The notes beneath the pieces were generated by a model. It made no database searches, was not told where the DNA came from, and was given only the letters and a program-made list of their open reading frames with translations. Below, one piece after another: positions 40,248 through 48,516 of a stretch of 64,000 nt of DNA (the first letter of the stretch is position 1; each line of letters opens with the position of its first letter). The DNA is from Nautiliaceae bacterium (GTDB taxonomy: Bacteria > Campylobacterota > Campylobacteria > Campylobacterales > Nautiliaceae): positions 160,001-224,000 of the forward strand of contig JBDONT010000043.1 in the NCBI GenBank assembly GCA_039831155.1, read 5' to 3'. Both the position numbers and the translations under genes were made by a program.

Positions 40248-41972
40248 TTATTTGTTTATTAATTCCATAATTTTCTCAAGAGCCATATCTTTATCAACTT
40301 CAAACTTATCACCCGTTTTTCTGTCCCTAATTTCAACTTTACCACTTTTAAGTTTTTTACCCACAATCACCCCAATAGGAAAACCAACAAGCTCAAAATC
40401 TGCAATTTTTGGACCAAATCTTTCACTTCTATCATCAAGAATAGTTTTAACTCCCGCTTTTTTAAGCTCTTCATATAAATTTGTAGCAAAATCTAATTGC
40501 TCTTCTTTTTTAACATCTCCTACAATTATATCAACCACAAAAGGTGCTATCTCTTTTGGCCAAATTATCCCTTTATCATCGTGATTTTGCTCAATTGCCG
40601 CAGCAATAAGTCTTGATACCCCAATTCCATAACATCCCATAATAAAAGGCTTAGCTTTTCCATTCTCATCAAGAAAAGTTGCATTCATAGGTTCAGAGTA
40701 AACCGTACCAAGCTTAAAGATATGTCCAACTTCAATTCCTTTTGTAATTTTTAAAGGCTTCCCACATTTTGGACACAAATCCCCCTCTTTCACAGCTGCA
40801 ATATCTCTATAAATCGTTAAATTCCCAAGTAGATTTGCATCAAGAAGTCCTGCTCCTTTTATATGATAATCTTTTTTATTTGCTCCACAAACTAACTCTT
40901 CTGCCATTCTTAAATCATCATCAATTACATACTTAATATTGCTTGGAAGTCCAAAAGGTCCAATAAATCCAGGCACAAGTCCCACTTTTTCAAGCTCATC
41001 TTCACTTGCATCAACAAGCTCCAAGGCTCCAACTGCATTTTTTGCTTTTGTCTCTTCTAATGTATCAGTTCCCCTTACAAAAAATACAACTATCTCCTCT
41101 TCTCCATTATCATAAATAGCCTTTTTAGCAACAGCTTTAATACTAAAATAAGGGTCAATTCCTAAAAACTCACAAACTTCTTCTATACTCTTTTTATCCG
41201 GAGTATACACTTCTTCGATTATTTCTGTTTTAATTGGATTTTCTCTTTTTTCGTTTTTTCTTTTTGCAACTTCAATATTTGCCGCATAATTACACTCACT
41301 GCAAACTACTATATCATCTTCTCCTGTATCAGCTAAAACCATAAACTCTTTACTACCTTTTCCACCAATAGCACCGCTATCAGCCTCAACTACTCTAAAA
41401 TCAAGCCCCATTCTTTTAAAAATTTCACTATAAGTCTCTTCCATTAAGTTAAATTCTCTATCCAAATCCTCTTTTGTAGCGTGAAAAGAGTAAGCGTCTT
41501 TCATTATAAATTCACGCCCTCTAAGAAGCCCAAATCTCGGTCTTGCTTCATCTCTAAATTTAAGATTTATTTGATATAAATTAACCGGAAGCTGTTTATA
41601 ACTTTTAATAGTCCCTCTTACTAAATCAACTACACTTTCTTCATTTGTAGGTGAAAGTACAAACTTTTGCCCTTTTCTATCTTCAATTCTTAAAAGCTCA
41701 TCACCATATTTTTTAGCCCTTCCTGTCTCTTCCCATAATTCATATGGAGTAACAAAACTTAGCATCACTTCCTGAGCCCCTGCTTTATCCATCTCTTCTT
41801 TAATTATTGCTCTTATATTATCAAGCACCATCTTCCCAAGAGGTGCAAAATCGTATATTCCGGCTGCGACTTGTTTTATATATCCACCTCTAACTAAATA
41901 TTTATGACTCGGCGTTACTGCATCTTTTGGTGCTTCTTTTAATGTATAAGCAAAAAATCTAGACCATCTCAT
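40248..41972 (-). CDS. proS: Proline--tRNA ligase (with editing domain)
   Basis: PTNEE, FRDEARPRFGLLRGREF, IEVGHIFKLG and MGCYGIGVSR; ATG at 41972 in a TGATG overlap. Confidence 0.97.
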   Translation of the reverse strand: MRWSRFFAYTLKEAPKDAVTPSHKYLVRGGYIKQVAAGIYDFAPLGKMVLDNIRAIIKEEMDKAGAQEVMLSFVTPYELWEETGRAKKYGDELLRIEDRKGQKFVLSPTNEESVVDLVRGTIKSYKQLPVNLYQINLKFRDEARPRFGLLRGREFIMKDAYSFHATKEDLDREFNLMEETYSEIFKRMGLDFRVVEADSGAIGGKGSKEFMVLADTGEDDIVVCSECNYAANIEVAKRKNEKRENPIKTEIIEEVYTPDKKSIEEVCEFLGIDPYFSIKAVAKKAIYDNGEEEIVVFFVRGTDTLEETKAKNAVGALELVDASEDELEKVGLVPGFIGPFGLPSNIKYVIDDDLRMAEELVCGANKKDYHIKGAGLLDANLLGNLTIYRDIAAVKEGDLCPKCGKPLKITKGIEVGHIFKLGTVYSEPMNATFLDENGKAKPFIMGCYGIGVSRLIAAAIEQNHDDKGIIWPKEIAPFVVDIIVGDVKKEEQLDFATNLYEELKKAGVKTILDDRSERFGPKIADFELVGFPIGVIVGKKLKSGKVEIRDRKTGDKFEVDKDMALEKIMELINK

Positions 41973-41985
41973 CAAATCTCCTTTA
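41971..41985. repeat. 15-bp direct repeat, proS-side copy (ATCAAATCTCCTTTA)
   Basis: Identical to 45781-45795; the flanking bases differ on both sides. Confidence 0.95.
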
Positions 41986-44017
41986 AATTAATTTCTAATT
42001 CATCACTTAAAAATTCTTTATATTCTTCAAAATCATATCCAAAATAATCACAATATGTTTTTAAAACTTCTTTATCTTCAAAGTTTTCTAAAATATTTAC
42101 ATTACCATCATAAACCTCCCTAGATATTTCCTCTGCTTTTTTTGTAAAATCTTCTTTTAAGTCTCTTTTTTTTAAATATAAAATTACAGTAGTTGTGCCT
42201 GTTTTTCCAAATGTGTTTGTTGGAAGCTTTACAATAGCTTTTATTTCAAAATATTTTAATAAAAGCTCTCTTGTTTTAATAAATAAAGCTGAATTTGTCT
42301 TATCTAAAATGGAAATTGGCAAAATTATAGCAGCTAAACCTTTATCTTTTAATATATGTTTCGTTTTTTCAACAAAAAAACACTCTATTGAATTATTAGT
42401 AGAATATTGTTTAACATCTACAAATTTTGAAAGCTCAAATTTTTCTGTATCTTCTTTTTTTAACGTTTCTAAAAACCCTTTAACACTATAAGGAGGATTT
42501 GAAATTAATACTTCAAATTCATCCTTAACTACATCTTTTTTTAAAGCGTCATCATAAATTATCTCAACTTCATTTCCATACATAAATGAACTTACCTTTG
42601 CCACTTTACTTAATCTATACTCTTTTTCAATACCTACTACTTTTGCTTGTTTATGATTTTTTGCAAATTCATTTAAAAAATGCCCCGCCCCACAAGCATA
42701 ATCTATCATAGACTTATACTCTTTTTTAGGAAGAGATGAGACAATAAACTTAACTATCGGCATTGGTGTAAAAAATTGCCCTTCGTTTTGTTTGATACCC
42801 TGGTCTAAAAAGCCCTCAAACAAATCCCCTAAAAATTGATTTTCTTCGGAATTTGTTAGATAAATATCTTGAAAAAGCAAAACAATTTTTCTTAACACCT
42901 CAAAATTTTGATAAAAAAGCTTTTCATTATGAACTTCAATAAAAGCAAAATCGTTTGTAGTAAAAAATTTTAGTTTTTTAATAGCTTCTTTTACTTTTTC
43001 TTTTATCGTTTCAATCTCAAAAGATTTAAAATATTTTTCTATATCTTGATTATCTATATAGGTAATATCTTCATTCAAAAACTCTTTCATACCCTCTTTA
43101 TAAAGCTTTTGTAATCTATCCTGAAACGAAAACGGGTCATCTATTGCAAAACCTCTCCAAAAAAATTGTAAATTATCAGGATTTTCTTTTTCATCTACTA
43201 TTTTACACAACAAAAGATTTACAAGCTTATCAAACGCATTTTCCCTACCACTTACATTATGAGCTCTTAAAACAGTAGCGAATTTATGATAAATTCCACT
43301 TATATCTTCCTCTTTTACAATTTTTAAATCTTTTAAGGAAAAAACACTCTTTTCAAGTTCATAAGCCCTAAATTCATCATCAAAAAGCCCTCTAATACCC
43401 TCTTTTTTATAAACTTCACTCCAAACTTCAAACAAAGCTTTTGCAATATCTCCAAGCTCTCCTTTTCTAGCTTTTTCATAATTTTTCTCTTTATCTAAAT
43501 TTTCCTCAACATCAATAAGCTTTATTAAAAAATATTTATAATCTAAATTTTCATTACTCGTATAAAGACTTATATATTTAGCACCACTATTAGCAGCATA
43601 AGAGAAAATCTGTCCCCCATCAAGTTGAGTTAATTTCAAAGCTTTTTCATATTCAGCTCCCCATGTCTTACATTCAATAATTACTAACGTTTTATCTTCA
43701 TTATCCTTTATAGCAATATCAGCTTTTCCACTTTTATCAAGGTGCCCTAATCTCCATTCCGGTTCAAGTTCAATATGTTTTGGTAAATACCCTTTATTAA
43801 GCAATCTATAAACGCACTCAAACACTACAAAATTTTCCGGTTTTGAAAAATTTGAGGTGGTTAAGTCATTTACTTTCAATTCATTCGGATAAATAAGCTT
43901 TTCATTGTTAAAATCTGCTTTTAACTCAAAATCTCCAAACTTTTTTATAAAAACATTATCTTTTTCTTCAAAATTAAGTTTTCTTAATACATTTTTAAAA
44001 TTTTCTTTTGTTATCAT
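41972..44017 (-). CDS. Endonuclease plus N6-adenine methyltransferase half of a type IIG/IIB (CjeI/Cj1051c-like) R-M-S enzyme
   Basis: KADIAIKD...IIECK nuclease motif; GQFFTP, DYACGAGHFL and SNPPY MTase motifs. Confidence 0.9.
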   Translation of the reverse strand: MITKENFKNVLRKLNFEEKDNVFIKKFGDFELKADFNNEKLIYPNELKVNDLTTSNFSKPENFVVFECVYRLLNKGYLPKHIELEPEWRLGHLDKSGKADIAIKDNEDKTLVIIECKTWGAEYEKALKLTQLDGGQIFSYAANSGAKYISLYTSNENLDYKYFLIKLIDVEENLDKEKNYEKARKGELGDIAKALFEVWSEVYKKEGIRGLFDDEFRAYELEKSVFSLKDLKIVKEEDISGIYHKFATVLRAHNVSGRENAFDKLVNLLLCKIVDEKENPDNLQFFWRGFAIDDPFSFQDRLQKLYKEGMKEFLNEDITYIDNQDIEKYFKSFEIETIKEKVKEAIKKLKFFTTNDFAFIEVHNEKLFYQNFEVLRKIVLLFQDIYLTNSEENQFLGDLFEGFLDQGIKQNEGQFFTPMPIVKFIVSSLPKKEYKSMIDYACGAGHFLNEFAKNHKQAKVVGIEKEYRLSKVAKVSSFMYGNEVEIIYDDALKKDVVKDEFEVLISNPPYSVKGFLETLKKEDTEKFELSKFVDVKQYSTNNSIECFFVEKTKHILKDKGLAAIILPISILDKTNSALFIKTRELLLKYFEIKAIVKLPTNTFGKTGTTTVILYLKKRDLKEDFTKKAEEISREVYDGNVNILENFEDKEVLKTYCDYFGYDFEEYKEFLSDELEINLKEI

Positions 44018-44026
44018 TTAAAGCCT

Positions 44027-45781
44027 TTATAAGTATTTCCTTAAAATCTCTTCTTTTTGAGTTTTAGCAGAATTTATAATCTCTTCATTAGCCCTAATTC
44101 TTTTTTCAAGTTTTTCAATCTGTTTTACTATTTCTTGTTGAACTTCAATAGGTGGAAGAGGGATTTTTAGGTTTTCATAAAAATTTATTGGTACTCTTTT
44201 ATGACCACTTGCACCAGTCATAACCTGTTGAGCTTGTTTGCGTATTTGTTCTCTATTTAGAAAATAAAACAAATATCCATTATCCAAATCATTATCTTTT
44301 ACTCTAAAAACATGAAACTCGCTACTTCCAAAAGCTATATTGTTTTTTAAATTTCTAGCAATGGCACATTTTCCATTTTCCATAGAGGGAGTAATTTTTG
44401 CAATAATTATGTCGTTTTCTCTAAAATATGTATAACTTCCCTTTTTTAATTCTTTTAATTTTTTAATATCTTGCTTTTTTATATATCCATTTTCACTAAC
44501 ATATTCCATCGGTATAAAAGAAACTTCTAAATTCTCATCTAAATTAGCTATCTCTTTTTTAGAAGGATTAAATAATACTAAATCTTTTAATAAAACACTT
44601 TTTTCTTTTACATTATTTATTATTTCTTCAATTTCTCTTTTTAATTTAACATTTTCTTCTTTTAACTTTTCAACTTTTTCATCGATTTCACTGCACTCTT
44701 TTACTATATTTTCTTGGATTTTTCTTTCTACTAAAGGTATTTGAATATTCAAATAATCATCCATCTGCAAATTTTTTATATTACTCATACCTGTTTGCAT
44801 ATCAAAAGTAAATCCTTGATTGTAAACATAATCTAAAAGCAAAAACAAAAATTTACTCTTAAATCTATTATTTTTTAGTCTCAGTCTAACCATAAAGTTT
44901 GAAAATGTATATCCCTTCTCTTTTAAATCAAAATACATTACCCTACCAACTGCCTGATGAGAGCTACCACCTGACTTTTCTAAAATAATATCACCCTCTT
45001 TTAACTCCCTATTTCTAAACTGCTTTTCTTCTACTTGCAACCCTTTTACATCTGAAAAATCTATATTATTAGAAGTATCTCCAAAATTGGTATTTCTTAA
45101 AACTTTTGCCTTAATAAAAGGAGGCTTTTTACCTTCCCATAATCCTCCTATTGTATCTACAATATTACCAAGCTTTATATTTTGATATTTTTCGCTTAAT
45201 TTAACTACAACTTTTGGTTTTAACCTAATAACCTTATTAAATTCACTCTCTTTAATATCAAGCATATCGGTTAGATTATAAACTTTTACAAATTTTTGCA
45301 AATCTTCACTAATTCTAAACTCTTTATCTTCTAAAAAGTTCCTGATTATTACGTTTAATTTATTCTCATCATCTAAATTTTTCGGATTATATAGAGGAGT
45401 TTGGATATTGTTTATACTTTTTATATTTTGAAGGGTTCTTTTCTCATCTTCATCAAGTTCTTCTTTAATCTCTACGTTAGAGATATATTTTATTCCCTCA
45501 TTTCCCTTCGCACTACTCCACTCATACCCTAAAAATTTTTTTATCTCATTTGTTTTATTAGGTGAATTTATTACTAATGTTTTTTGATTGTAAGTTAATA
45601 AAAAGTATAAAAATTTTTCTCTTTCTCTCTCTTTTACAAACTTCCTAAACTCTTTATTTTCTATTTTTTCTTGCTCTTCTTTACTTAGTTCTTTATATTT
45701 TTTTCTACTTCTTCTATCTTTTGTAGATTTTAAATTTTCAAATTTTTTTTTATACTCCTTCAACATATCTTTAAAACCCAA
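44027..45781 (-). CDS. Specificity half: MTase C-terminal helical/linker region plus two HsdS-like TRDs
   Basis: KKFLGYEWS..KGNEGIK linker typical of fused IIG enzymes; two TRDs ending IPLVERKIQ and IPLPPIEVQ; TTG start with AAGGAG upstream. Confidence 0.88.
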   Translation of the reverse strand: MGFKDMLKEYKKKFENLKSTKDRRSRKKYKELSKEEQEKIENKEFRKFVKEREREKFLYFLLTYNQKTLVINSPNKTNEIKKFLGYEWSSAKGNEGIKYISNVEIKEELDEDEKRTLQNIKSINNIQTPLYNPKNLDDENKLNVIIRNFLEDKEFRISEDLQKFVKVYNLTDMLDIKESEFNKVIRLKPKVVVKLSEKYQNIKLGNIVDTIGGLWEGKKPPFIKAKVLRNTNFGDTSNNIDFSDVKGLQVEEKQFRNRELKEGDIILEKSGGSSHQAVGRVMYFDLKEKGYTFSNFMVRLRLKNNRFKSKFLFLLLDYVYNQGFTFDMQTGMSNIKNLQMDDYLNIQIPLVERKIQENIVKECSEIDEKVEKLKEENVKLKREIEEIINNVKEKSVLLKDLVLFNPSKKEIANLDENLEVSFIPMEYVSENGYIKKQDIKKLKELKKGSYTYFRENDIIIAKITPSMENGKCAIARNLKNNIAFGSSEFHVFRVKDNDLDNGYLFYFLNREQIRKQAQQVMTGASGHKRVPINFYENLKIPLPPIEVQQEIVKQIEKLEKRIRANEEIINSAKTQKEEILRKYL

Positions 45782-45795
45782 TCAAATCTCCTTTA
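45781..45795. repeat. 15-bp direct repeat, S4-gene-side copy (ATCAAATCTCCTTTA)
   Basis: Identical to 41971-41985. Confidence 0.95.
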
Positions 45796-46033
45796 CGTAT
45801 TCTGTTTTTCTACTCTTTGGAATAGTCTTAGTCTCCGGTATTCGCAATACTTCGTATTTTTTAACGCCGCTTAAATAGTGAATTTCTATTATATCACCTA
45901 CTTTTACATCTTTAGCCGGTTTTGCTTTTTTTCCATTTATAAAAACAACGCCCTCTTTACACATCTCATCGGCTATTGAGCGTCTTTTTACGATATTAAC
46001 CGCATTTAAAAACTTATCTATCCTCAAACTCAT
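45782..46033 (-). CDS. S4-domain RNA-binding protein (Hsp15/RqcP-like)
   Basis: RIDKFL...KRRSIA...KPAKDVKVGD motif. Confidence 0.9.
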   Translation of the reverse strand: MSLRIDKFLNAVNIVKRRSIADEMCKEGVVFINGKKAKPAKDVKVGDIIEIHYLSGVKKYEVLRIPETKTIPKSRKTEYVKEI

Positions 46034-46044
46034 CCTTTTTTAGA

Positions 46045-46068
46045 AATTATATCAAATTTGATATAATT
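46045..46068. promoter_or_regulatory. Perfect 24-bp palindrome made of two back-to-back TGATATAAT extended -10 boxes (bidirectional promoter)
   Basis: AATTATATCAAA|TTTGATATAATT between the divergent S4 and Uma2 genes. Confidence 0.75.
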
Positions 46069-46085
46069 AAATAGAAAGGTTTTTT

Positions 46086-46625
46086 ATGTGTGCAATTGAA
46101 TATTACACTTATGAGGATTATAAAAAGTGGGAGGGGGATTGGGAGTTAATTGATGGTATCCCTCTTGCAATGGCACCAGCACATCTTCCTACTCATCAAT
46201 TTATAACATTTCAAATATCACATCAACTAAACTCTCAATTAGAAGAGTATTTAGAGTGTGCAGTTTTAGGAGAAGTTGACTATAAAATAGATGAAGAGAA
46301 TGTCCTAAGACCAGATTTAGTTTTAACTTGCGAAAAATTAAATAAACCTTACCTGTCACTTGCACCAGAAATAGTATTTGAAATAGTTTCCCCATCAACT
46401 GCTAGAAGAGATGAAAAGTTTAAATTTGAATTATATGAAAAAGAAAAAGTTAAATATTATGTTTTGGTATACCCAAACGATAAAAAAGCAAAAGTTTATA
46501 AACTCAATAACTCCAAATATGAAAAAGAGGGAGACATCATAACAAAGTATGAATTTAAAGAAACAAAGTGTAAAGTTAGTGTAGATTTTGAGAAAATCTT
46601 TAAAAGACTTAGTATAATTACATAA
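46086..46625 (+). CDS. Uma2 (DUF820) family PD-(D/E)XK endonuclease-like protein
   Basis: [24 protein letters not shown]...K...Y and V..Y.LV.P pattern. Confidence 0.9.
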   Translation: MCAIEYYTYEDYKKWEGDWELIDGIPLAMAPAHLPTHQFITFQISHQLNSQLEEYLECAVLGEVDYKIDEENVLRPDLVLTCEKLNKPYLSLAPEIVFEIVSPSTARRDEKFKFELYEKEKVKYYVLVYPNDKKAKVYKLNNSKYEKEGDIITKYEFKETKCKVSVDFEKIFKRLSIIT

Positions 46626-46638
46626 AAAAAGGACTAAG

Positions 46639-47841
46639 ATGAAAGTAGTATTAGCTTACTCCGGAGGACTTGATACGAGTATTATTCTTAAATGGTTACA
46701 AGATACTTACAATGCGGAAGTTGTAACATTTACAGCCGATATAGGTCAAGGTGAAGAGGTTGAAGAAGCAAGAGAAAAAGCATTAAAACTTGGAGTAAAA
46801 CCAGAAAATATATTTATTGAAGATCTGAAAGAAGAATTTGTAAGAGATTACGTATTCCCGATGTTTAGAGCAAACGCTATTTATGAAGGGGAATACCTGC
46901 TTGGTACATCAATTGCAAGACCTCTAATTGCAAAAAGACAAATTGAAATAGCTAGACTTGTAGGAGCTGAGGCAGTAGCACACGGAGCAACCGGTAAAGG
47001 AAACGACCAGGTAAGATTTGAACTTGGATATTATGCTCTAAAACCGGATATTAAAGTAATTGCCCCTTGGAGAGAGTGGGATTTAAATAGTAGAGAAAAA
47101 CTTCTTGCATATGCAGAAAAACACGGAATTCCAATCAACAGACACGGAAAAAAATCTCCTTACTCAATGGATGCAAATCTTTTACACATCTCATATGAAG
47201 GTGGAATATTAGAAGACCCTTGGGCAGAACCTGAAGAAGATATGTGGAGATGGACGGTAGCTCCTGAAAAAGCTCCTGATAAACCTGAATATATCGAAAT
47301 TGAGTTTGAAAAAGGAGATGCCGTAGCAATTAACGGTAGCAAAATGACACCTGCTCAAATTCTTGAAACTTTAAACGAATACGGGAAAAAACACGGAATC
47401 GGTAGACTTGATATAGTAGAAAACAGATTTGTTGGAATGAAAAGTAGAGGTTGTTATGAAACACCAGGTGGAACAATTTTACTAAAAGCACACAGAGCAA
47501 TTGAATCCATTACACTTGATAAAGGTGAAGCTCATCTTAAAGATGAAATAATGCCAAAATATGCTGAACTAATCTATAACGGATTTTGGTTTGCACCGGA
47601 AAGAGAAGCATTACAAGCATTAATTGATAAAACTCAAGAAAACTGCGAAGGAACGGTAAGACTTAAACTTTACAAAGGAAACGTAACGGTTGTGGGAAGA
47701 AAATCTCCAAAATCTCTATTTAGTCCGGAATTTGCAACATTTGAGGAAGATAGTGTATATAACCAAAAAGATGCAGAAGGATTTATTAAACTAAATGCCC
47801 TAAGATTTATAATCGAAGGGTATGTAAGAGGAAAAAAATAA
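46639..47841 (+). CDS. argG: Argininosuccinate synthase
   Basis: [23 protein letters not shown] and [10 protein letters not shown] motifs. Confidence 0.97.
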   Translation: MKVVLAYSGGLDTSIILKWLQDTYNAEVVTFTADIGQGEEVEEAREKALKLGVKPENIFIEDLKEEFVRDYVFPMFRANAIYEGEYLLGTSIARPLIAKRQIEIARLVGAEAVAHGATGKGNDQVRFELGYYALKPDIKVIAPWREWDLNSREKLLAYAEKHGIPINRHGKKSPYSMDANLLHISYEGGILEDPWAEPEEDMWRWTVAPEKAPDKPEYIEIEFEKGDAVAINGSKMTPAQILETLNEYGKKHGIGRLDIVENRFVGMKSRGCYETPGGTILLKAHRAIESITLDKGEAHLKDEIMPKYAELIYNGFWFAPEREALQALIDKTQENCEGTVRLKLYKGNVTVVGRKSPKSLFSPEFATFEEDSVYNQKDAEGFIKLNALRFIIEGYVRGKK

Positions 47842-47846
47842 CCCTC

Positions 47847-48503
47847 TTACGTACAATTCCACCATTTTACAACTGCGAAACGATTATTTCCAAATACCGG
47901 CTTTACCTCGTGTGCAAAAAGTCCATGACTTGGAAAGACTATCATCTCCCCTGCTTTTGGTTTATGAACAACTCTTTTTCCGTCTGAAAATCTTAAATGA
48001 CAAAATTCAACTTCTCCACCTTCATACTCATCATTTAAAAATAAAAGTGTTGTTAGTTTTCTCTCGGGCTTTACGACTTTGTATCCTGCTAATTTGCCAT
48101 TTTTTACAATCTCACTCGCATTATCGGAATGACATTTGTAAAATCCACCCTCTTTATACTCAAGCACTTGAAGTTCAGTTCCTTTAATAAAACTAACGCC
48201 ATAAAATTTTTCAATTTTATCTTTTACATTATAAAAAGCCTTTTCAAAAATTTCTCTTATCTTTGATGTTGGAGAGTGAATAATAGTTTTTCTAATATCT
48301 TCATTAACTCCACCACCAACAAGCCCGGCTTTATAATCACACTTTCCAAGAGATAAAATAGCTTCTTTACACTCCTCTTTTGAGAGCAAATTTTCAAAAA
48401 CCCAAAAAGGATACTCATTATAAAAACTTGCCATTGGATATTTTTCAAAATCCATCTCCCAAATTTCATCTAAAGCATAAATTTTTTGACTAATAGGCAC
48501 CAT
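47847..48503 (-). CDS. 2-oxoglutarate/Fe(II) oxygenase (prolyl-4-hydroxylase-like)
   Basis: HSD...H facial triad (CHSDN, AHEVKPV), RKLT, YEGGE and the RFAVVKW Arg. Confidence 0.85.
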   Translation of the reverse strand: MVPISQKIYALDEIWEMDFEKYPMASFYNEYPFWVFENLLSKEECKEAILSLGKCDYKAGLVGGGVNEDIRKTIIHSPTSKIREIFEKAFYNVKDKIEKFYGVSFIKGTELQVLEYKEGGFYKCHSDNASEIVKNGKLAGYKVVKPERKLTTLLFLNDEYEGGEVEFCHLRFSDGKRVVHKPKAGEMIVFPSHGLFAHEVKPVFGNNRFAVVKWWNCT

Positions 48504-48516
48504 TGCCCCTCCTTAG

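Larger units (their letters stand above)
41971..45795 (-). mobile_element. R-M insertion of 3795 bp plus a 15-bp duplication, carrying a circularly permuted R-M-S gene; no recombinase
   Basis: Perfect flanking direct repeat; the halves rejoin in frame when the repeat is removed; the empty site gives an S4-gene/proS TGATG overlap. Confidence 0.8.

Noticed and set aside
41972-41974. In-frame TGA at the R-M/S junction read as selenocysteine or readthrough in an excised circle
   Set aside because: No SECIS-like hairpin follows it. The TGA belongs to the host-like 15-bp repeat, and the halves join in frame without it.
41972-45781. Ordinary type I hsdS-hsdM pair
   Set aside because: There is no HsdR helicase, the M ORF carries its own nuclease domain, and the S ORF starts with about 190 aa of MTase-distal linker typical of fused enzymes.
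35619-47841. Patchy codon style (CCA/GCA-rich aspS, proS and argG versus CCG/GCC-rich neighbours) as evidence of mosaic origin
   Set aside because: It could simply reflect expression-linked codon bias and cannot be separated without computation.
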